From NCBI GenBank assembly GCA_964625535.1, contig CAZVEX010000001.1, positions 295 through 64,294 on the forward strand: 64,000 bases of DNA, written 5' to 3'. This DNA comes from an uncultured Gammaproteobacteria bacterium (lineage in GTDB: Bacteria; Patescibacteriota; Microgenomatia; Daviesbacterales; UBA10151). The translations under genes and the position numbers were made by a program. This document shows positions 54,597 to 62,526 of the stretch, one piece after another. The notes below the pieces were generated by a model, which saw nothing but the letters and a program-made list of their open reading frames with translations, was not told the DNA's origin and searched no databases. How positions within the stretch are numbered: position 1 is the first letter of the stretch; every line of letters begins with the position of its first letter.

Positions 54597-56002
54597 GCAA
54601 ATTGACAAGAATTGTATTTATTTTAATAATACTTCTCTTTTTATTTACTCGGTTTTACAAAATAGGCGAAATTCCACCTTCGGTTTATTGGGACGAAGCT
54701 TCCATTGGTTATAATGCATACTCCATTGCCCAAACTCTAAAAGATGAGTGGGGGGATTTTTTGCCAATTCATTTTCGAGCCTTCGGAGAATTTAAATTGC
54801 CGGTTTATATTTACTCCACCGTACCCCTTGTTAAACTGTTTGGCTTAAATGAGTTTTCTGTGAGGCTTCCGGCAGTCTTATTTTCCTTGGGAGTAGTTAT
54901 TTTAACTTACCTTTTGACAAAGAGATTATTCAATAACACATCTGCTTTATGGAGCAGTTTTTTTGTGACTGTGTCCCCCTGGTTTTTTATTTTTTCCAGA
55001 ACCGGTTATGAGGCAACTGCCGGATTAATGTTTTATCTACTTGGGATCCATCTGTTTTTGTTTATTGCCAAAAAGAGCACCTTTATTCTTTTCTCAATTC
55101 TCGCTTTTATTTTAAGCGCTTATAGCTATAACAGTTTCAGGATCATTATTCCTCTAACCATTTTAATTTTATTGATAATGGAAAAAGATAATCTGATGAT
55201 TTTGCGAAAATCTGTCTTTGTAGTAATGCTTTCGCTTTTTATCTTGGGGTTAAGTATTTGGCCAATTTATAGATTATATGTTTATGATGCCGGCATTTCC
55301 AGGTTGCAAACCGTAAGCGGCGAAAGCGCGGATTTTCTTAAAAATTACCTCTCGCATTTTAGTCCCGATTTTCTAATATCGGGAGATAAAAATTTAAGAA
55401 GTCAGCAAAAAGATTTTGGTCAAATCTTTCCTTATGATTTTTTACTTTTACCGCTGGGCCTGATTTACATAATTAAATTCAAATCAAAATACGGACTGTT
55501 TAGTCTGGCGCTTTTTTTAATTTCTATCATTCCTGCTGCATTGACTAAAGAATCACCACACGGCCTAAGGGCAGTTTCCGCTGTCCCGTTCATTGCCATG
55601 ATTTCTGCTCTGGGGATGATTAAAATAAAAAAACTCTCCATCCCGCTGATGGCAATTTTTCTAATCTTTTTTATTAATTATTTTGCTAATTTTATTTATG
55701 TCTATCCCGGTCAATCCGCGATGGAGTGGCAATACGGCTATAAAAAATTTTTTACAGATAATAAAGAGCAGTTGGCCAAATACGATCAAATTATTATCTC
55801 CGACAAATATGCCCAGCCGTATATTTTTGCCTTGTTCTATTTGAAATACGATCCTGACAAATTTCAGGAAGAGGCGGTCAGAAACAGTGTTGATCAATGG
55901 GGATTTTCAACTGTGGCCAAATTTGGCAAATTCGAGTTTAAAAAAGACACTGAGATATTAAAAGAAAAACAAAACAAGGCTTTGATATTTGTCGATGAAT
56001 AA
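54593..56002 (+). CDS. GT39/PMT-like GT-C membrane glycosyltransferase (tandem copy 2)
   Basis: SVYWDEASIGYNAYSIAQTLKDEWGDFLPIHFRAFGEFKLPVYIY is present. It overlaps the upstream gene by 4 nt. Confidence 0.65.
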   Translation: MSKLTRIVFILIILLFLFTRFYKIGEIPPSVYWDEASIGYNAYSIAQTLKDEWGDFLPIHFRAFGEFKLPVYIYSTVPLVKLFGLNEFSVRLPAVLFSLGVVILTYLLTKRLFNNTSALWSSFFVTVSPWFFIFSRTGYEATAGLMFYLLGIHLFLFIAKKSTFILFSILAFILSAYSYNSFRIIIPLTILILLIMEKDNLMILRKSVFVVMLSLFILGLSIWPIYRLYVYDAGISRLQTVSGESADFLKNYLSHFSPDFLISGDKNLRSQQKDFGQIFPYDFLLLPLGLIYIIKFKSKYGLFSLALFLISIIPAALTKESPHGLRAVSAVPFIAMISALGMIKIKKLSIPLMAIFLIFFINYFANFIYVYPGQSAMEWQYGYKKFFTDNKEQLAKYDQIIISDKYAQPYIFALFYLKYDPDKFQEEAVRNSVDQWGFSTVAKFGKFEFKKDTEILKEKQNKALIFVDE

Positions 56003-57524
56003 TAAAGTTAAGCTTTTGCTTTTAATAATTGTAATTTTAGCTCTCGGAGCGAGAATCTATAAATTAGACAGTGTGCCTCCCTCACTTTCCTGGGATGAGG
56101 CGGCAGTGGGATACAATGCCTGGATTATTGCCCGCTTTGGTCAGGACGAATACGGCAAGAGTTTTCCTGTAGTTTTTAAATCTTTCGGTGAGTATAAAAA
56201 CCCGGTGGATATTTACTTCACCTCGCTTTCTGTAAAAGTGCTTGGTCTTAGCGAATTTAGCACGAGATTACCGGCAGCTATTTTTGGAATACTAAATGTA
56301 ATACTTCTATTTTTTCTGGTTAAAGCGTTATTTAATAACAATTGGCTTGGTCTTACCTCTGCATTTTTCTTAAGTATTTCCCCTTATAATATTCATTTTT
56401 CCCATTTCAATCATGAAGCCAATTTTGCTTTATTTTTCTTCATGCTGGGTTTATTGCTGTTTATCTTGACCCTTAAAGGTAAAAAACTTCTCATCTTAGC
56501 TGTGATATTTTTTATCTTAAGCTTTTTTTCTTATAGCGCCTCCAAAATGTTTATCCCGGTTTTTGTATTTTTTCTAGCAATAATCTACAGAAAAGAACTT
56601 TTAAAATTACTCAGGCAGCTACTTTTTTCAGTATGTTTAATAATTCTTCTCTCATTTTTTTTATTCTTAAACCCCCATGCTTTAGGAATAGATAGAGCCG
56701 CTCAAACCATGGGCAAAATAAATCTAGTGGCAGCGCAATATATCAGGCATTTTTCTCCAAATTTTTTATTTATTCACGGGGATAAAAACCCCCGTTTATC
56801 GGCTCAAGCAACAGGCGAATTTTACTACCTTGACGCTGCTTTTCTTGTTGCGGGTGCAATCTATATCTTTCGAAAAAGGTCAAAAGAACTTAAGACTTTA
56901 GCTTTATGGGCGCTCCTTGCTCCTTTACCGGGAAGCTTGACAGCAGAAGCTCCTCATGCCGGGCGAGCGATGTTTATGATGGGGAGTTGGCAGATAATTT
57001 CTGCAGTGGGTTTTTATTATATTGTTCGCTCCATCTCAAACCTAAAATATAAAAGAATAGTCATATTTGGCAGTTTGGTCGTATTAACCGTTCTTTTTGC
57101 CAATTTTCTCATTTATTATTTTGGAAATTATAGTAAACGTTTTGCAATTGAATGGCAATATGGCATGAAACAAATTGTGGAGTTTATTCAGGCAAATCCC
57201 CAGTATAATCATATCTACATGACCGACGCGCGCTATCAGCCATACATTTTTTTCCTTTATTATTTACAAACGCCGTTACCGGATTATTTGCGTACTGTAA
57301 CTTATAATAAGACGGAAATAAGTAGAAGTTATAATAATGTTTTTTCTTTTAATAAATATTTTTTTGGCGGATGGGATAGCGTTGAAAGCATGCCAAAGCT
57401 TGAGGTGTTATATGTTCTTACCCCCAGTCAATACGATGGGTTAAAATATAAATTGCAGTTTGCTATCAAAGAGACAATCTATTATCCTAATGAAACGGTG
57501 GCATTCTATCTGGTAAGCAAGTAA
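55995..57524 (+). CDS. GT39/PMT-like GT-C membrane glycosyltransferase (tandem copy 3)
   Basis: SLSWDEAAVGYNAWIIARFGQDEYGKSFPVVFKSFGEYKNPVDIY is present. The ATG at 55995 overlaps the upstream stop. Confidence 0.65.
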   Translation: MNNKVKLLLLIIVILALGARIYKLDSVPPSLSWDEAAVGYNAWIIARFGQDEYGKSFPVVFKSFGEYKNPVDIYFTSLSVKVLGLSEFSTRLPAAIFGILNVILLFFLVKALFNNNWLGLTSAFFLSISPYNIHFSHFNHEANFALFFFMLGLLLFILTLKGKKLLILAVIFFILSFFSYSASKMFIPVFVFFLAIIYRKELLKLLRQLLFSVCLIILLSFFLFLNPHALGIDRAAQTMGKINLVAAQYIRHFSPNFLFIHGDKNPRLSAQATGEFYYLDAAFLVAGAIYIFRKRSKELKTLALWALLAPLPGSLTAEAPHAGRAMFMMGSWQIISAVGFYYIVRSISNLKYKRIVIFGSLVVLTVLFANFLIYYFGNYSKRFAIEWQYGMKQIVEFIQANPQYNHIYMTDARYQPYIFFLYYLQTPLPDYLRTVTYNKTEISRSYNNVFSFNKYFFGGWDSVESMPKLEVLYVLTPSQYDGLKYKLQFAIKETIYYPNETVAFYLVSK

Positions 57525-57528
57525 ACTT

Positions 57529-58293
57529 ATGACTAAAGTTTCCGTGGTGCTAGCTGTTTACAATGAGGAAGACAACTTGAGGCAGTGTTTGGAATCTGTC
57601 AAAGATTTAGCTTGGGAAATAGTGGTGGTGGATGGGGGATCAACCGATCGGACTTATGAAGTTGCCAGAGATTTTGGAGCCAGGATTGTTGAAACAGATA
57701 ATCCACAGGTATTTCATATCAACAAAAACAAAGCCATAGATGAAGCAAGGGGCGACTGGATATTGCAGCTTGACGCAGATGAAATAGTGACCGAAGAGTT
57801 AAAAAAAGAAATCAAGGAGGCTACCGGGCAAAAAACTGATTTTAATGGATTTTGGATCCCGAGGAGGAATTTTTTTCTGGGAAGATTTCTTAAAAAGGGA
57901 GGTCAATATCCGGATTATACATTGAGACTTTATAAAAAGGGTAAGGGTCGATTGCCGGCCAAAGATGTCCACGAGCAGGCAGTAGTGGAAGGAAAAGTAG
58001 GGTACTTGACGGCTGATTTATTGCATCTGCGAGACAAGACGTTTGCAAACTATCTTGAGGGATTTAACAGGTATACTGATTTATTGGCTTTGCAACTTCA
58101 AGCCTCGGGTCTTAAAAATAATTTTTTTGCATTTTTTAGTTTTCTTTTCTTTAAGCCATTTTTTTGGTTCGTCAAAGCTTATTTTCGCCATCTGGGTTTT
58201 ATGGACGGCTTTCCCGGATTTATTTTTGCCTTGTTTTCATCGTTACGATTTCCTGTGTCATTTATTAAATATCGCATCAGTCATACAAAATGA
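57529..58293 (+). CDS. GT2 glycosyltransferase (WaaE-like), paralog of 46005/46900
   Basis: VSVVLAVYNEEDNL...LQLDADE is present, with the C-terminal ...ANYLEGFNRYT as in its paralogs. Confidence 0.7.
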   Translation: MTKVSVVLAVYNEEDNLRQCLESVKDLAWEIVVVDGGSTDRTYEVARDFGARIVETDNPQVFHINKNKAIDEARGDWILQLDADEIVTEELKKEIKEATGQKTDFNGFWIPRRNFFLGRFLKKGGQYPDYTLRLYKKGKGRLPAKDVHEQAVVEGKVGYLTADLLHLRDKTFANYLEGFNRYTDLLALQLQASGLKNNFFAFFSFLFFKPFFWFVKAYFRHLGFMDGFPGFIFALFSSLRFPVSFIKYRISHTK

Positions 58294-59360
58294 AAATAGC
58301 ATTTAATATTACTCCTTTGAAATCTACTCATAAAGAAAGAGGCATTGGTTATTATACAGGGAATTTACTTGAGGGTTTAAAGAGAGAAAGGGATTTGGAA
58401 ATTGTAGAATTTACTAACCTTGCCGATATCAAAAAGCAAGTCGATGGTATTCATTTTCCCTGGTTTGATTTTTATTTCCATACCTTACCCCTTCAAACTT
58501 CTTTTCCCGCTGTGGTGACAGTGCATGATGTGATCCCGCTGATTTTTAAAGACCAATACCCGGTAGGACTGCGGGGAAAAATCAATTTCATCCTGCAAAG
58601 ATTGGCACTGGGCCGCAGCAAGAAAATAATCACCGACTCTTTAGTGTCCAAGGCCGATATTGCCAAATACTTAAAAATAGATGAAGGTAAAATTGCGGTT
58701 ATTCCCTTGGCCTCTGATCCAAGTTTCAAAGAGTTGAACGAGTCGAAGCTGTTATTCATAAAAAGAAAGTACAATTTACCTGATAAGTTTTTACTATATG
58801 TGGGCGATGCCAACTTTGTTAAAAATTTGCCGTTTTTGATAGATTGCTTCAAGGATTTAGTTAAATCATCGGATCTTGCCGATTTAAAGCTTGTTTTGGT
58901 TGGAGGGGTATTTTTAAAAAATCTGAAAGGGATTGATCACCCGGAACTTATCAGTTTGAAAAAAGCATTAGGAATGATTAAAGATAACAATCTGGAGAGT
59001 AAAGTTTTAAGGCCGGGAAGATTAGCAACAGCAGATCTGGTGGCATTTTATAATCTGGCAACAGTTTATGTTCAGCCTTCATTTTATGAAGGATTTGGGT
59101 TGCCCATATTGCAGGCGTTTGCCTGCGGCACTCCGGTTTTATCTTCCAACAGGGGTGCTCTTCCCGAAGTTGGCGGTAATGCCGCCTTGTATTTTGACCC
59201 CGAAAACAAAACGCAGTTTATTAGTCTTGTTGCAGAAACTCTGCAAAATCCATCTTTGCAAAAAAAGTTATCAAAGCTTGGGTTAGATCAAGCTGCAAAA
59301 TTTTCCTGGGAGAAAACAGTTGAAGAAACAAAATTGGTCTATGAAAAAATTAAATCCTGA
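58290..59360 (+). CDS. GT4-family (GT-B) glycosyltransferase
   Basis: YEGFGLPILQAFACGTPV is the GT4 EX7E region. Confidence 0.7.
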   Translation: MKIAFNITPLKSTHKERGIGYYTGNLLEGLKRERDLEIVEFTNLADIKKQVDGIHFPWFDFYFHTLPLQTSFPAVVTVHDVIPLIFKDQYPVGLRGKINFILQRLALGRSKKIITDSLVSKADIAKYLKIDEGKIAVIPLASDPSFKELNESKLLFIKRKYNLPDKFLLYVGDANFVKNLPFLIDCFKDLVKSSDLADLKLVLVGGVFLKNLKGIDHPELISLKKALGMIKDNNLESKVLRPGRLATADLVAFYNLATVYVQPSFYEGFGLPILQAFACGTPVLSSNRGALPEVGGNAALYFDPENKTQFISLVAETLQNPSLQKKLSKLGLDQAAKFSWEKTVEETKLVYEKIKS

Positions 59361-60495
59361 AACCCTACATATTATATTAATATTTTTGGTATGGAGAATA
59401 GCATTGGTGGTGGTATTGATTTTCTCCATAAGTTTTATCCCCCTTCAATACAAAGATAGATTTTTAGGAGGTGGGCCGATTAATTACCACCTAGCCCCCG
59501 AGCTTTTTTCCTGGGCAAATTTTGATGGTGAGCATTACTTATCAATTGCCATATTTGGTTATAAAGAAAAGGAGCAGGCGTTTTTTCCCGTTTATCCGGG
59601 GATGATGTCTTTTCTGGCCAAACCTTTTTCACCGGATTTACTCTCGTTTCTTGTTAATTCGACAACCGCGGGTTTAATTATTTCTAATTTATCTTTCCTG
59701 CTGGCTTTAATAATTCTTTGGAATTTAATTAAAATAGACTATTCAAAAAAAATCGCCCTTTTTACTCTCGCAACTGTTCTTTTATTCCCAACTTCTTTTT
59801 ATTTCGGCGCAGTTTACAGCGAATCTTTATTTCTATTGTTATCTGTTAGTTCATTTTATTTAGCAAGAAAAGGTCGTTTTCTTAGCGCGTCACTTTTAGG
59901 AGCTGTAGCCTCTGCCACCAGAGTATTTGGTGTATTGCTTCTGGTGGCATTATTAATAGAAGCTTGGGAACAAAAGGTAAAACTTTCAAAATCATTTTGG
60001 ATTTTCCTGATTCCCATAGGCCTTTTAATTTATATGACGTATCAATATTTTTCCGTAGGAAATCCTTTTGCCTTTTACAATTTGCAAGGTCAGGTAGGCG
60101 AACAACATCAATCAGGGGTGGTTTTGCTGCCTCAAGTATATTTTCGTTATATAAAAATGCTTTTGACTGTTGACCCCACTAACCCTATTTATCAGACAAT
60201 AGTTCTGGAACTTTTAGTGGGTATAATTTTCTTTTTACTGCCCTTATACGGCTATTTTAAAAAAGTGAGATTGTCTTATGTTGCATATGCCATGTTGGGA
60301 TTTTTATTACCTACTATAACAGGTAGTTTTTCTTCAGTGCCCAGATATGTTATCATCCTTTTTCCCTCTTTTTTGATTCTGGCAATGATCATAAATAAAC
60401 TACCAAATGCGTTAAAGATTGCTATTTTAAGCTTTTCCGCTTTGGTGCTTATTGCGGAAACAGCGCTTTTCTTAAGGGGGTATTGGGTAGCATGA
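59320..60495 (+). CDS. GT-C-like polytopic membrane protein (PIG-V/DUF2029-like), related to the 28741 gene. An alternative start lies at 59341.
   Basis: It shares NFDGEHYLSIAIFGY with the 28741 gene's NFDGLEYIVIAKTFY. It has ~10 TM helices. Confidence 0.5.
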   Translation: MKKQNWSMKKLNPETLHIILIFLVWRIALVVVLIFSISFIPLQYKDRFLGGGPINYHLAPELFSWANFDGEHYLSIAIFGYKEKEQAFFPVYPGMMSFLAKPFSPDLLSFLVNSTTAGLIISNLSFLLALIILWNLIKIDYSKKIALFTLATVLLFPTSFYFGAVYSESLFLLLSVSSFYLARKGRFLSASLLGAVASATRVFGVLLLVALLIEAWEQKVKLSKSFWIFLIPIGLLIYMTYQYFSVGNPFAFYNLQGQVGEQHQSGVVLLPQVYFRYIKMLLTVDPTNPIYQTIVLELLVGIIFFLLPLYGYFKKVRLSYVAYAMLGFLLPTITGSFSSVPRYVIILFPSFLILAMIINKLPNALKIAILSFSALVLIAETALFLRGYWVA

Positions 60496-61760
60496 AGACA
60501 TTTTTTAGATTAATTAACCATCCATTATTTTCCGGAAGCTTGGTTATGGTTGTCGGAAGTAATTTGGTTAATTTTTTAAATTATTTATATCATCTGATTA
60601 TTGGTAGAATACTTGGTCCATCGGACTATGGCGAGCTTGCCGCCATTATATCTTTGATAGGGCTTTTGAGTATTGTTCCGGCTTCAATAAATCTGGTAAT
60701 TATCAAATATGTTTCCTCGACAAAGGATGACGCAAAACTTACCAATTTAATAAGCTGGCTGAAGTCTGGTACTATCAAAGCTTCTTTGATTCTATTTTTT
60801 GCCATCCTTGCAGCATCCCCCTTTATCGCCTCGTTTTTGCACATAAATAAATTAATTTATCTGATACTCATCGCCGTATCTTATTTGATTTCCTTTCAAT
60901 CTTTGTTTTACAGATCAATCTTGCAAGGTTTACTAAAATTTAAAGAGATGATAATCAGTATTTTGGCAGAAAATATGGTCAAGCTTGTTGTTAGCGTACT
61001 ACTCATCTATTTTGGATTTCGGGTAGGCGGTGCCGTATTTGCTTTCCTGGTTGCGGCTCTAGTAGGTTGGTATATAACAATTTTTTATCTAAAGATTAAG
61101 ACAAAAAAGGTTGATAATCCCCCTGATGTAAAAGCTATGGCTTTGTTTACTATACCGGTTATAATTCAGTCTTTTGCTATGACTTCTGTTTATTCGTCCG
61201 ATGTGATTTTGGTTAAGCATTTTTTTTCCTCTCATGATGCCGGGATTTATGCTTCGCTTTCAACTTTGGGAAAAATAATTCTTTTCGCAACCGGTCCTAT
61301 TGGAGCCGTGATGTTTCCTTTAGTTTCAAAACGCAGCGCCAAAGGAGAAAATTATAAAAGAGTATTTATATTTAGCTTTTTAACCACTCTATCTGTGGCA
61401 ACAATGATTTTGGTAATTTACTGGTTATTTCCTGTTATGGCGATTAGTTTACTTTACGGATCGCTTTTTCTTGAAGCTGCCAATCTTTTATTCTGGTTTG
61501 GCATTTTTATTACCTGCTTTACCCTATCTTTTCTAATAGTAAACTACAATCTGTCTTTGGGTAAAACTAAGGTTGTGATCTTCCCGGCTATTGGCGCCCT
61601 GTTGCAAATTATACTTATCTGGATTTATCACCAGAGTCTATTTACGGTTATACTGATTTCAATTATAGTCTCCGCTTTACTACTTGTCGCTTTGCTTATA
61701 TACTCTATCTATTCTAACAATGGACATAAAGTTGATTTCAGTCATAGTACCGGCGTATAA
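60492..61760 (+). CDS. Wzx-like flippase (MOP family), second copy
   Basis: ~420 aa with 12+ TM helices. The ATG overlaps the upstream TGA. Confidence 0.55.
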   Translation: MKTFFRLINHPLFSGSLVMVVGSNLVNFLNYLYHLIIGRILGPSDYGELAAIISLIGLLSIVPASINLVIIKYVSSTKDDAKLTNLISWLKSGTIKASLILFFAILAASPFIASFLHINKLIYLILIAVSYLISFQSLFYRSILQGLLKFKEMIISILAENMVKLVVSVLLIYFGFRVGGAVFAFLVAALVGWYITIFYLKIKTKKVDNPPDVKAMALFTIPVIIQSFAMTSVYSSDVILVKHFFSSHDAGIYASLSTLGKIILFATGPIGAVMFPLVSKRSAKGENYKRVFIFSFLTTLSVATMILVIYWLFPVMAISLLYGSLFLEAANLLFWFGIFITCFTLSFLIVNYNLSLGKTKVVIFPAIGALLQIILIWIYHQSLFTVILISIIVSALLLVALLIYSIYSNNGHKVDFSHSTGV

Positions 61761-62526
61761 ACAAGAAATTACTATTGCCAGAGATTTGCAAAGAATCAAA
61801 GAAGTTCTGGATAAGCTACGCTACCCCAGCGAACTTATTTGTGTGATTGACGGTAAAGCTGATAAGACTTTTAAAGAAGCCTCAAAGTTTGCCGAAAGAT
61901 GCAACAATGTCAAAGTTATAGGTTATGATCATAACAAGGGAAAAGGTTATGCCATCCGTTTTGGGATTGCCGAAAGTAAAGGAGATATCATCGGGTTCAT
62001 TGACGCGGGAATGGATCTTAACCCACGAGGTATCCTGCTGCTATTGGAGCAATTTGAATGGTATAATGCAGACATAATAGTTGGCTCCAAGAGACACCCT
62101 GTTTCTAAAGTTTATTATCCGTGGCAGAGGAAAATTCTTTCATTTAGTTATCAGATACTGGTCTGGTTGCTTTTTGGATTAAAGGTAAAAGATACTCAAG
62201 TGGGAATGAAATTTTTCAAAAGAGAAGTTTTGGAAAAAGTTCTTCCCCGACTTTTGGTCAAACGCTTTGCTTTTGATGTGGAAATGCTGGCTGTTGCCAA
62301 TGCTTTAAACTATAAAAGAATATATGAAGCGCCCGTTGATATAAAACTTCGCTTTGGAGGTACCTCGACTATTACCAGCCAAAAATTTTTAAGAACAGTC
62401 TTAGCAATGCTTATGGATACTCTGGCAATTTTTTATAGACTGAAAATATTGGGATATTATTCCGATAAAAACAAAAGAAAGTGGAGATTTGATCCCGAGT
62501 TAAATTTTAGGGTAAATATCGGATGA
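61720..62526 (+). CDS. GT2 glycosyltransferase (DPM1/ArnC-like)
   Basis: ISVIVPAYKQEITI...VIDGKADKT...FIDAGMD is present. The start at MDIKLIS overlaps the flippase 3' end in another frame. Confidence 0.7.
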   Translation: MDIKLISVIVPAYKQEITIARDLQRIKEVLDKLRYPSELICVIDGKADKTFKEASKFAERCNNVKVIGYDHNKGKGYAIRFGIAESKGDIIGFIDAGMDLNPRGILLLLEQFEWYNADIIVGSKRHPVSKVYYPWQRKILSFSYQILVWLLFGLKVKDTQVGMKFFKREVLEKVLPRLLVKRFAFDVEMLAVANALNYKRIYEAPVDIKLRFGGTSTITSQKFLRTVLAMLMDTLAIFYRLKILGYYSDKNKRKWRFDPELNFRVNIG

